A DNA stretch of 64,000 nt. It comes from Armatimonadota bacterium. GTDB lineage: Bacteria > Armatimonadota > Fimbriimonadia > Fimbriimonadales > GBS-DC. Shown here piece after piece: positions 27,001 to 35,232 of the stretch. Positions within the stretch are counted from its first letter, which is position 1. Each line of letters opens with the position of its first letter. A model generated the notes under the pieces. The model had not been told where the DNA came from and searched no databases. It saw only the letters and a list, made by a program, of their open reading frames with translations. Location of the stretch: the NCBI GenBank assembly GCA_037445735.1, contig JBBIJY010000015.1:19862-83861 (forward strand). The letters are read 5' to 3'. The position numbers were made by a program, and so were the translations under genes.

Positions 27001-28329
27001 CTCAATAAACGCCGTCTGGCGACCAGGTTGAATAATCACCTCCATCTCCAGCGATTCGAGTTCTGCCCTGCGGTCGGGCGCGCTCTGCAGCAGTCCCAGC
27101 ACATACTCTAAATCTTGCAGCACAACGGGCTCAATTCCCGCCTCGCTGAAGACGCGGTTCTCGTAGCGAATCTCGCCGTAGGGACTGGTTTTGAGTGTCC
27201 AGCGCACGGTCGCGGTGGCGTCGCTCACCGCGAAGTAGACCCGCCCGATGAACTCGAAGGCGGCGATATCGATCAGTATCGGGGTCAGCATCGGGTGGCG
27301 GAACAGCTCACAGCGATAGGTGCGCGTGACGCCCGTTTGCGCGTTCGTGATGCGCATCTGCATGGGCATCATGCGCGCGCTCGCCCCGATTCGACCCGCG
27401 ATAGCAAACGCGCCATCGTGATAGATGACGCCCAGCGTCTGTGCCCGATTGCCCAGCTTGAAGGAGGCATAATACGAGGGGAACACATCCACGATCTCGG
27501 CGGCGGTCATGGGTATCTGCACCTCGCCCGCGCCCAGAAACGGATGCCCGAACGCCAGAATCGAGTCGCCCTTGCGATAGGTGAGGGTGCCAATCGCGGT
27601 GAAGTCCAGATCGCCAGTGGCGAGCGCGCCGCCGACCGCTGCGCCCGGCTCAAACCGCACTTTGATGGGCTTGCCCGCGCCACCCGGCGCCATGACAGGA
27701 CTCAGCCCGAACGGCTCGATCTTCTGGCGCAGCCGTTCCAGCCCGCGCGCCGAGACGCCGCTGACCATCAGGGGTGTCATCAGCGGGCGCGCCCACGCCA
27801 GATTCGGCGCACCCGGCGGCTGGAAGCCAATATAGATTCCCGCGTACTGTCGCCCCGCGATGCGAATCGGGCGGTTCACCACACGCGGCGCCGTCGGCTG
27901 AACTGCTCGCTGCGCCAGACGCGGGTCAAAAGTGGTGAGCATATCTTCCAGCGGGGTCACCAGCGCGTGTGGCTCGCGCGGAAAGGCGAACCCATAGGCA
28001 ATCGCGCCCACAATCCTGCCGTTCACAAACACGGGGCTGCCGCTCATGCCCGCGATAATGTTCGCCTGACGATTGGTAATCGCGCCGCCCTTCATCTTGA
28101 TCAGCACCAGCGGTCGCCCGAAGTTCGCGTTCTGCAGCACGCCCACAATCTCCACATCGAACCGTTCGATCTGCACGCCCCTGAACACGGTCAGCCCGTA
28201 GCCCTTCATGCCGGGCTTCAGCTGGGAGACGGGGAATGCGTCGCGCAGCATCGAGGCGACATCGGGCGCCTGCGCCCGCAGAGCCATACACAGCAGTCCG
28301 ATACCCAACCAGCTCATCAGCGTTCTCAT
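24082..28329 (-). CDS. Secreted SpoIVB/peptidase S55 domain fused to beta-propeller and Ig/FN3-like domains
   Basis: LKPGMKGYGLTV, AGMSGSPV and AFGHPF motifs; repeated D..GNLY.G blades; TRSGNT..PDE.WS.WS motif. Confidence 0.85.
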   Translation of the reverse strand: MRTLMSWLGIGLLCMALRAQAPDVASMLRDAFPVSQLKPGMKGYGLTVFRGVQIERFDVEIVGVLQNANFGRPLVLIKMKGGAITNRQANIIAGMSGSPVFVNGRIVGAIAYGFAFPREPHALVTPLEDMLTTFDPRLAQRAVQPTAPRVVNRPIRIAGRQYAGIYIGFQPPGAPNLAWARPLMTPLMVSGVSARGLERLRQKIEPFGLSPVMAPGGAGKPIKVRFEPGAAVGGALATGDLDFTAIGTLTYRKGDSILAFGHPFLGAGEVQIPMTAAEIVDVFPSYYASFKLGNRAQTLGVIYHDGAFAIAGRIGASARMMPMQMRITNAQTGVTRTYRCELFRHPMLTPILIDIAAFEFIGRVYFAVSDATATVRWTLKTSPYGEIRYENRVFSEAGIEPVVLQDLEYVLGLLQSAPDRRAELESLEMEVIIQPGRQTAFIERVTTDKGAYRPGDQVRATVWVRPAASSSALAPIEFTFRIPYDATPGRYSLQVSGGGEGGGVPGGIPAGLFRILMGGGGGTPSTEQLLREFQRRERNHQLVTTLTMQAMGATVRGEPLYQLPPILRDILTTPRASGIQPEPDQIKQIRATDWVLQGSQMLFLTVLPPEEGEGRLFGLPVPPPAGGFVPPSPPTEPSGEEGDEIGMDYGLPVPSDVEATAVLDEEVPPTPPGQPPSEARRPREKPVSRAPKRWDLSDYRTLSRGKMQGVAVGADGTLQLSRRPEPLARLDLDYIWCLARDSRGNLYAGGGMPAQLKVVNPDGSIQRTLNLPGLMATALTLAPDGSLYIGVSPEGTLHRLRDGNLQMLVHTGARYINALLATEQGVYIATGVPARLLRWDGRTLRELMRSDEAHFTALARDSAGNLYVGSSERGLVYRLSPIGIPNTVADLREPTVSALACDAQGNLYIGTMPSGNLYRLSPQGMLQPLHRHGRLNIRAMQVVGDMLYALSDDSLLAVACKGESEPRPVLCMRQPLELVALTGSDSASALVLASAEQAQLWQLAGQSEGVYLSPVLDAGQVARWGVLRWSASVPDGAQVEIQTRSGNTREPDESWSAWSAPGTNPEGSPILSPPARFLQVRVKLTGKSAPSVRALTLTYLPANRPPEIQLLVPRANTAWSGKQTIRWSARDSDGDTLQFEVQLSSDGGKSWQTLKESQPVEGRQAVPPELPDEAQMMADLQQALQSSPDIPPEVRQQIEQQAPQLIQQMREAMKQLPSAPAPPTPTAPAEPPAAPRQMEWDTTRTPDGIYLLRVKASDRPASPTDYAEVYTEPVPVIICNAPPVLSVRQSSPRVNDDRTVELSGYALQLFSADRAGSAGATGKSGGSSQAKQRTPRNSVPIVGVQYRIDKGEWRSAEALNGLFDTAFEPFRIRTEPLEPGDHTLTIKAFNAAGKSTEQELKVKVPAGKPTRSEKP

Positions 28330-28344
28330 GGTTGCGCTCCTCCC

Positions 28345-28965
28345 TCAAAGCGTGTCGGCGAATAGCTCGCTAACGGCGATTTCTGCGTCGGGCTTCGCCA
28401 GCGGGTGAACCACCTCACCGGGACGCACAATCTCGCGCACCTTATAGCCGTAGCCAAATGGCATCTCTTCCAGCGGGCTGGGCGTTCGGTACACCTCCAG
28501 CAGGCGGTCTTTCAGGTTCACAATCCAGTATTCGGGGATGCCCGCACGCGCGCACAGGCTCAACTTCTGCGTGCGGTCATACGCCAGCGTCGCGTCCGAC
28601 ACTTCCACCACCAGCACGGCGGTGCCGGGATGCGTCTGCTGATAGTCAGCAGGGGCGCCCTCGACCGCCGCGATATCGGGTTCAGGCTCGCTATCGCCCA
28701 TCGCCAGCGCTCCCTGAAACCGAACCCAGTAGCCCTCGCGAAAGATTCGGTTGAACAGTCGCTGGATGCGGTCGCCTGAAGCGAAATGCTGGGGGCTTAC
28801 AGGGGACATCTCTATCACCTCGCCTTCTATCCGCTCCACCCGCCTGCCTTCGAAGAAGCCCTGCTCCGCCATGCGGTGGTACATCTCGCGCGTGATTTTG
28901 AGCCGCGGCACCGGGAGCCGTTCCTGACTCGCCTGCTGCGATTCCGACAGAGGTGTTCGTGCCAT
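28345..28965 (-). CDS. Uma2-family putative endonuclease
   Basis: ERIEGEVIEMSP, EPEPDIA, VVEVSD and AGIPEYWIVNL motifs. The ORF-track extension runs antisense to argG. Confidence 0.9.
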   Translation of the reverse strand: MARTPLSESQQASQERLPVPRLKITREMYHRMAEQGFFEGRRVERIEGEVIEMSPVSPQHFASGDRIQRLFNRIFREGYWVRFQGALAMGDSEPEPDIAAVEGAPADYQQTHPGTAVLVVEVSDATLAYDRTQKLSLCARAGIPEYWIVNLKDRLLEVYRTPSPLEEMPFGYGYKVREIVRPGEVVHPLAKPDAEIAVSELFADTL

Positions 28966-29016
28966 CCTCTCACCGCCATCGATTGTACCTGATTGCGGTA
29001 TAATGCAGTCGTTGCG

Positions 29017-30222
29017 ATGGCAAAGACAGCGCTTCTGGTCTACTCCGGCGGGTTGGACACCACCGTGTGCATCCCGCTGTTGAGAGAGGAGTACGGTTTC
29101 GAGCATGTGGTGACCGTCACGGTGGATGTGGGTCAGCCGCGCGAGGATATTGCGGACGCGGCGGAACGCGCGGCGATTCTGGGCACGGAGCATTACACGG
29201 TGGACGCGCGCGCCGAGTTCGCCCGTGACTACTGCATGCCAGCGGTCAAAGCGAACGCCGACTATCAGGGCTACCCGCTCAGCACAGCGATTGCCCGCCC
29301 ACTGATTGCCCGCAAGGCAGTGGAGGTGGCGCGGAACCTGCCGCGAGTCGACGCCTTTGTTCACGGCTGCACGGGCAAAGGCAACGACCAGTTCCGAATC
29401 GAGTTCATCCTGCGCACCCTGATGCCCCATGTGCCCATCGTTGCGCCCATGCGCGAGCGCAACATGACCCGCACGGAGGAGATCGAGTATGCGCGGGCGC
29501 GCGGCGTGCCGATTCATCAGAGCGCGGACAAAATCTGGAGCATCGACGAGAACCTGTGGGGACGCTCCATCGAGGGCGGGCGGCTCGAAGACCCCGCGTA
29601 TGTGCCTCCAGAGGAGATCTATCGCTGGACTCGCAACCCGCAGGACGCGCCCGACGAACCCCAGCGGCTCACAATCGAATTCGAAGCGGGTGTGCCCGTT
29701 GCACTTGATGGACAGCGCATGGAGCCGCTCGCGCTGATCCAGAACCTGAACGAGATAGCCGGCTCACACGGCGTCGGACGCATCGATATGATGGAGGACC
29801 GCCTGATCGGGCTGAAGGTGCGCGAGAACTACGAGTGCCCCGCCGCCGTCACGCTCATCACGGCGCATCGCGCGCTGGAGGCGCTGGTGTGCGCCCGCGA
29901 GGAACTGCGCTTCAAGGCGCAGGCTGATCGCGCCTGGGCAGAACTCGCCTACGCGGGGCTGTGGCTCGATCCCTTCAAAGACTCGCTGGAGGCGTTCATC
30001 GACAAGGTGCAGGAGCGCGTGTGGGGCACGGTAACGGTGCGCCTGTTCAAGGGGAGCGCGAGCGTGGTGGCGCGCTCCAGCCCGTGGGCACTCTACGATG
30101 AGTCGCTCGCCTCGTTCGACACGCGCGATTTCGACCAGTCGGAGATGAGCAGCGCGGTCAAAACGCACGGGCTGCCCGCCCGACTCTACTACCAGCTCAA
30201 GCAGCGAGGTCAACAGCCATGA
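29017..30222 (+). CDS. argG: Argininosuccinate synthase
   Basis: YSGGLDT, HGCTGKGNDQ.R, SIDENLWGRSIEGG and RENYECP motifs. Confidence 0.96.
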   Translation: MAKTALLVYSGGLDTTVCIPLLREEYGFEHVVTVTVDVGQPREDIADAAERAAILGTEHYTVDARAEFARDYCMPAVKANADYQGYPLSTAIARPLIARKAVEVARNLPRVDAFVHGCTGKGNDQFRIEFILRTLMPHVPIVAPMRERNMTRTEEIEYARARGVPIHQSADKIWSIDENLWGRSIEGGRLEDPAYVPPEEIYRWTRNPQDAPDEPQRLTIEFEAGVPVALDGQRMEPLALIQNLNEIAGSHGVGRIDMMEDRLIGLKVRENYECPAAVTLITAHRALEALVCAREELRFKAQADRAWAELAYAGLWLDPFKDSLEAFIDKVQERVWGTVTVRLFKGSASVVARSSPWALYDESLASFDTRDFDQSEMSSAVKTHGLPARLYYQLKQRGQQP

Positions 30223-30297
30223 GCCTGCTGGGCTGGCGTTCCGCTGCCGAAGCCCATCAGCTCATCATCGAAGCACAGCGAAGGTTCCTGCAAAAGT

Positions 30298-30329
30298 GAG
30301 CAGCCCTCCCCAAAAGGGAAGGGCTGCTC
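30298..30329. terminator. Hairpin between convergent genes (probable bidirectional terminator)
   Basis: gagcagccctccc-caaaa-gggaagggctgctc. Confidence 0.6.
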
Positions 30330-30351
30330 GCCCATAGAGTGGCAGATGGCT

Positions 30352-31362
30352 TCAGCAGCCGTTGCCGAACTCAAACAGCACATTCAGCAGGTCGGCATCG
30401 TCTACAGTGCCATCGCCGTTGGTGTCTTCAGGCATGAAGGCTCCCGTGTTCCCGAAGGCGAACAGCACTGCCAGCAGGTCGGCATCATCCACGCAGCCGT
30501 TCATGTCCACATCGCCGAAGCTGAAGGCGGTGAAGGCAACATTGTCCACCGCGAGGATGTTGCCTTCGTTGGTGCCCGTGCCGCCACCCACAAAGAAGCG
30601 GAATGCGGTGGGAATGGCTGCCGTGCGGTTGACCAGATACCAGTAGGGAAAGTCCGCCGTTGGACCGACAGGCGTGGAGAAGGTATCACCCGTCGCTAAA
30701 TCGCGGATGCCGACCTTCACCAAATGCCGGGCGTCGGGATTGCTATCGTCGAGCCTGAACGCAACGAAGCGACGATACCACTTGTTGATTTGAAGTCCGT
30801 GGAAGGGGTTGGGCGGGTCAAAAGACACGATAGATGCAGAACCACCCGAATCGGACACCACCCAGGTCATTCGCCAGCCATCGTTTGGGGTGACTTGGGG
30901 ACTAACCCACTGGAACAGGTCGATGAAATACCGGTAGTTAGCCGTGGCAGGTTGCAACGAGAATGAGGCAATGTTATCGTAGTTGAGACCATCGGCGCTC
31001 ACGCTCGGATCGAAGTTCACCGCCACATCGTAGCTCACCAGCCAGATGGTCCGTGCGCCCCAGTTGAAATCCTTCTGGGCGCGTGGGAAGAAGCCGGGTG
31101 TATCCTTACGCGCCGCGATAAATTGTTGACCGCCGCCAGGATTGCTGCCAAGCGAGCCGAGCCAGGCAGGCAGCCCAGAGTAGAGATAGACCGACCAGTC
31201 GGTGCTGGACGCGGGCCGGTACCAGGAGTTCTGACCTGTCAGAATACCGGGTGCGTAAGTGGGCGGCTCGAAGCCGTCAAAGAAGGACTGGGCATTCGCA
31301 AATGCCACCAGCATCCCTATCAGCGCCACTATCAGCATGCCTTTCTGCAAGGGTCGCATCAT
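30352..31362 (-). CDS. Secreted beta-sandwich protein with a C-terminal dockerin-like tandem EF-hand tag
   Basis: Signal peptide (AFANA). Tail GDVDMNGCVDDADLL...DTNGDGTVDDADLLNVLFEFGNGC. Confidence 0.8.
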   Translation of the reverse strand: MMRPLQKGMLIVALIGMLVAFANAQSFFDGFEPPTYAPGILTGQNSWYRPASSTDWSVYLYSGLPAWLGSLGSNPGGGQQFIAARKDTPGFFPRAQKDFNWGARTIWLVSYDVAVNFDPSVSADGLNYDNIASFSLQPATANYRYFIDLFQWVSPQVTPNDGWRMTWVVSDSGGSASIVSFDPPNPFHGLQINKWYRRFVAFRLDDSNPDARHLVKVGIRDLATGDTFSTPVGPTADFPYWYLVNRTAAIPTAFRFFVGGGTGTNEGNILAVDNVAFTAFSFGDVDMNGCVDDADLLAVLFAFGNTGAFMPEDTNGDGTVDDADLLNVLFEFGNGC

Positions 31363-31487
31363 CTCACACCTCCATCAGTCTAACTTGCAGGGGATTGACA
31401 CCCTGCATCCCTATTATACCCCAATTTTGCGGGGATTCCTGCATCGATGCAGGGTAATATGGGCGAATCAGGGGGGCGAAAAAAAAA

Positions 31488-31564
<77 letters not shown>

Positions 31565-31655
31565 TCGTTAGCGCTTTAATTAATACCCGATGGGGGTAGG
31601 GGTTTGTCAAGGGGGTGGGGAGGCGGTTCGAAGATTCAGGGACATAATCCTGAGT

Positions 31656-31746
31656 GAAGCCCCTCACCCGTACCCTCTCCCCCGCTGGGGGAGAGGGGTT
31701 TCGTTTCTCCCTCTCCCCCGCTGGGGAGAGAGTCGGGGTGAGGGGC
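31656..31746. repeat. Composite palindromic REP/MITE-like element
   Basis: gcccctcaccc...ccctctccccc-N-gggggagaggg...ggggtgaggggc. Near-identical inverted copy at 39693-39786. Confidence 0.85.
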
Positions 31747-31819
31747 AGACTTTCCTCTGGGCGGGGAATCCTGTCTTCCCTGCGTCGCCCGGGCGCCCTT
31801 GCTGCGCTGTAGTGAAGAA

Positions 31820-32677
31820 CTAACAGCCGCCACCGAAGTTGAATAGCACGGTCAGCACATCGGCGTCGTCCACGATGCCATCGTCGTTGAGGTCGGTGGC
31901 AGGGTCGCTGCTGCCAAACGCGAACAGCACCGCGAGCAGGTCGCTATCGTCCACGCAGCCGTTGCCATCGACATCGCCCTCCTGCTCGGACTGGGCGACC
32001 GCCGCGATGGAGAGATTGTCATAGAACGCTGCGTCGTTCGAATTGCTGCCGAAGTTGAAGTGCCACACATCGGCGTCGCCGAACACCGCATTCGCTCGAT
32101 TGCTGATGCGTCCATCACCCACCAGCTGACCGTTCACAAACGCCTGGAAGTTGCCCGTGTTGTAGTTGATCACGAGGCGGTATCGGTTCCATCTATCGCG
32201 CTGAACGAAAACCCCTGTCTGGTAGAGTTGCTCAGTGACGCCGTTCACATAGCGGACCAGCACCACTTCGTTGCTGGGATACACAGCGAGGGCGCACACG
32301 CGCTCGATATTGCCGGAATAGTTATCGATGCCGTACTGTCCCTGTCGGGCGCTGGTGGTGAGATACATGTCCCAGCGAATGACGATAATCTTGTTGGGGC
32401 TGGCGCTGGTGTCGTGGTTGATCGGTTTCCACCACCAGCTGTTGGCGCCGCCGCTCACAGGGGTGATTTTGAGCGATTGCACGCCGGAGAACGCGCGTTC
32501 GGTGCTGATCTGCCCAAGATTCGGCACGCTGATGTGATACTCATTCCAGCCGTCCTGACCCGCGATATTGCCAGGCGCGAAGGGTGGGTTCTCAAAACCC
32601 GTCTGATACAGCACCTGCGCCTGCAGGCAGGCGAGGCTCATGGTCAGTGCTAGACTCCAGAGTGCCTTTCGTCGCAT
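31820..32677 (-). CDS. Secreted beta-sandwich protein with a C-terminal dockerin-like tag
   Basis: Signal peptide. TGFENPPFAPGNIAGQDGW resembles the N-terminus of the 30352 protein. Tail GDVDGNGCVDDSDLL...FNFGGGC. Confidence 0.8.
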   Translation of the reverse strand: MRRKALWSLALTMSLACLQAQVLYQTGFENPPFAPGNIAGQDGWNEYHISVPNLGQISTERAFSGVQSLKITPVSGGANSWWWKPINHDTSASPNKIIVIRWDMYLTTSARQGQYGIDNYSGNIERVCALAVYPSNEVVLVRYVNGVTEQLYQTGVFVQRDRWNRYRLVINYNTGNFQAFVNGQLVGDGRISNRANAVFGDADVWHFNFGSNSNDAAFYDNLSIAAVAQSEQEGDVDGNGCVDDSDLLAVLFAFGSSDPATDLNDDGIVDDADVLTVLFNFGGGC

Positions 32678-32776
32678 ACAGTTCGCCTCCGTTTCCTGTC
32701 GATTCGACCGATGGTCGCTCCAGCAGGTTTCGGCTCTATTATAGCCGATTTGGTGGGGAAGATGGGGCTTGTGATT

Positions 32777-33373
32777 TTACGGGTTTTTGATGGGGCGCCA
32801 GCCGATGAGCGTTTCGAGGCGCTGGATGAGGGTGGGCAGGGGTAAGCCGACCACATTGAAGTAGTCGCCCTGCACGCGCTCCACCAGCAGAGCGCCATAC
32901 TCCTGAATGCCGTACGCGCCTGCCTTATCGAACGGCTCGCCCGTGCCGATGTACCATTCGATCCATTCCGTGGTGAGGGTTCGGAAGGTGACGCGCGTGC
33001 GCGGGGCGTCGAGGGTGAGGTGTGTGGTGCGCCCCTGCTGGCGCAGGAGCAGGCAGAGCGCGGTGATGACGGTGTGGGTGCGCCCAGAGAGCAGGCGCAG
33101 CATCTGGCGGGCTTCGTCGGCGGTCTGCGGCTTGCCCAGCACCTGCTGATCCAGCACCACCAGCGTGTCGGCGGCGATGATGAGCGCGTCGGGGTAGGCG
33201 GGGGCGACCGCTTCAGCTTTGGCGCGAGCCAGCCGCTTCGCCAGCGGCGCGGGGCGCGTTGTAAAAGGGGGCAGCCATTCTTCGATTCGGGCAGGATGGA
33301 TTGTGAACGGCTGCCCCAGCAAGCGCAACAGAGCCTGCCGCCGCGGCGACTCAGAAGCCAGCACCCACTGCAC
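32777..33373 (-). CDS. maf: Maf-family nucleoside triphosphate pyrophosphatase
   Basis: LASESPRR, AADTLV, LGKP, DKAGAYGIQ and NVVGLP motifs. Confidence 0.93.
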   Translation of the reverse strand: MQWVLASESPRRQALLRLLGQPFTIHPARIEEWLPPFTTRPAPLAKRLARAKAEAVAPAYPDALIIAADTLVVLDQQVLGKPQTADEARQMLRLLSGRTHTVITALCLLLRQQGRTTHLTLDAPRTRVTFRTLTTEWIEWYIGTGEPFDKAGAYGIQEYGALLVERVQGDYFNVVGLPLPTLIQRLETLIGWRPIKNP

Positions 33374-33381
33374 AGCGCCCC

Positions 33382-33972
33382 CTACAGGATTTCCGCTGCC
33401 GTGATGATGCTCTGCGCAATCTCCTTCATCGTCTTATTCTGATTGCGTGCCATAAAATGAATGCGCCGAAACGCCTCCGATTCGCTCAATCCCAGCCGAT
33501 CCATCAGGATGCCTTTGGCGCGTTCGATCAGCTTGCGCGTTTCGAGCGCCTCTTTGAGTTCCTGCACCTCCTTATCTTTGCTCTGCATCTCGCGGAATCG
33601 GGTGAGCGCGACATTGATGGCGGGTGCCAGCTCCTGCTTGCGGAACGGTTTGAGCAGATAGGCATAGGCGCCGGCAGCGGTCGCCTGATTGACCAGTTCC
33701 TCTTCCGCATAGGCGGTGAGGAACACAATCGCGCACGGGTGCTGCTGCACGATCTGGCGAGCCGCCTCGATGCCGTCCATAATCGGCATGCGGATGTCCA
33801 TCACCACCACATCGGGCAGGGTCTGAAGGGCGACCCGTACGGCATCCTCACCCGTTTCGGCTTCGCCCACCACTTCATAGCCCAGCTGCTCCAGCTGGGT
33901 CTTGACCATCAACCGCGTCAGCTCTTCATCCTCTGCGATTAACACTCGGACAGGGGATTTGTATGGTTCCAT
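33382..33972 (-). CDS. REC-ANTAR RNA-binding response regulator (AmiR/PdtaR-like)
   Basis: IAEDE, MDIRMP and KP in the receiver; RKLIERAKGILM..EAF ANTAR domain. Confidence 0.92.
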   Translation of the reverse strand: MEPYKSPVRVLIAEDEELTRLMVKTQLEQLGYEVVGEAETGEDAVRVALQTLPDVVVMDIRMPIMDGIEAARQIVQQHPCAIVFLTAYAEEELVNQATAAGAYAYLLKPFRKQELAPAINVALTRFREMQSKDKEVQELKEALETRKLIERAKGILMDRLGLSESEAFRRIHFMARNQNKTMKEIAQSIITAAEIL

Positions 33973-33988
33973 CGTTCTCCCTCCTGCT

Positions 33989-35083
33989 TCAGGTTCGCTC
34001 CGCTCGGCGTGCGATGTAGGCGCGTGCCATCTCCAGTTTACCGGCGGTGGTGTAGCACGGGTCGGCAGGCGTGAGGGGCAACCTGACAGGTTCGCCCGTG
34101 AACGCCGACTGATAGATGGCACTGATCAGCTCCAGCGAGAGACGTCCCTCCTCGCCGCTCACGGGTGGCTGGGTGCCTTCTCGCACGCATCGCACGAAGT
34201 CATGAATCTGTGCCGCGTGCCCGGGGTAGGCGGGTTCTTCGATTTCGCGGCACGCTTCCGCTATGGCGGTCAATTGCGCTTCGTCCCGTGAATGGGGACG
34301 GAACGGAAACATCTGGATACTGCCCTGCGTGCCCAGAATCAGGATACGGCTCACATCCATTTCCAGCTCGGCGGCGGTGGAGGCGCAGAAGCTGGCATAG
34401 CGGGCAGGACGCTCCCAGTACAGGCTTGCCATGCACCAGTCTTCCACTTCGATGTCGTGGGCAACGGTGTCGATGGTCGCCTGCACGCTGTTGGGCAGCC
34501 CCAGCAGATGCACCAGCATATCGACATGGTGCGAGGCCTGGTTGATGACGGCGCCGCCCCCTTCAGTGGACCAGCGTCCGCGCCAGCTCACTTCGTAGTA
34601 GACGGGTCGCCGCCACCAGAGACAGCTGACCTCCGCATAGAACGGGTTGCCGATCAGCCCCCGTTCCAGCACCAGCCTGGCGCGGCGCGTGTCCGCCTCA
34701 TAACGCAGCTGGAAGATGGCGCTGAGCAGGCGTCGGGTGCGCCGCGCGGTGGCAATCATTGTGTCGGCTTCATCGAGGCTGACTGCCATCGGCTTCTCCA
34801 CCAGCACATGCTTGCCCGCCTCCATCGCGGCAATCGCCATCGGCGCGTGCAGGTGGTGCGGTGTGCAAATACTCACAATCTGAATCTCGTCGTTGCGCAG
34901 CAGGTCCTCCGCTTCGGTTGTCCAGAGCGGCACCTGATAGCGCATCGCCAGCGCACGCGCCCGATCCTCGTCAATATCGGCGACGCCCACAATCTGCACC
35001 TCGGGCGCCAGTTGCGCATAGGCTTTGGCATGAGCGCTGGCTATACCGCCCGCCCCGATAATCCCGACACCAATCTGTTCCAT
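33989..35083 (-). CDS. Gfo/Idh/MocA-family oxidoreductase
   Basis: IIGAGGIA, VEKP and GGGAVINQASHHVD motifs. Confidence 0.9.
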   Translation of the reverse strand: MEQIGVGIIGAGGIASAHAKAYAQLAPEVQIVGVADIDEDRARALAMRYQVPLWTTEAEDLLRNDEIQIVSICTPHHLHAPMAIAAMEAGKHVLVEKPMAVSLDEADTMIATARRTRRLLSAIFQLRYEADTRRARLVLERGLIGNPFYAEVSCLWWRRPVYYEVSWRGRWSTEGGGAVINQASHHVDMLVHLLGLPNSVQATIDTVAHDIEVEDWCMASLYWERPARYASFCASTAAELEMDVSRILILGTQGSIQMFPFRPHSRDEAQLTAIAEACREIEEPAYPGHAAQIHDFVRCVREGTQPPVSGEEGRLSLELISAIYQSAFTGEPVRLPLTPADPCYTTAGKLEMARAYIARRAERT

Positions 35084-35232
35084 CCTGCGTGCCTGCGCAG
35101 CAAGCCCGCCGGCACAGGCTTGCTACTCCATCCTATTTTACCACCCTGCTGACCGCGAATGCAAGAGCAAAGCCATCGTAAAAGGTCAAACGGCGTCGAA
35201 TAAGGTAGAATCGCTACTGGAGGTGGCTTCCG

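Noticed and set aside
28966-29517. N-terminal extension of the Uma2 ORF (and similar extensions at 9042-9671, 24086-24274, 36869-37153, 56971-57279, 57863-58081)
   Set aside because: They overlap bona fide genes. Internal starts have RBS, promoter or overlap support.
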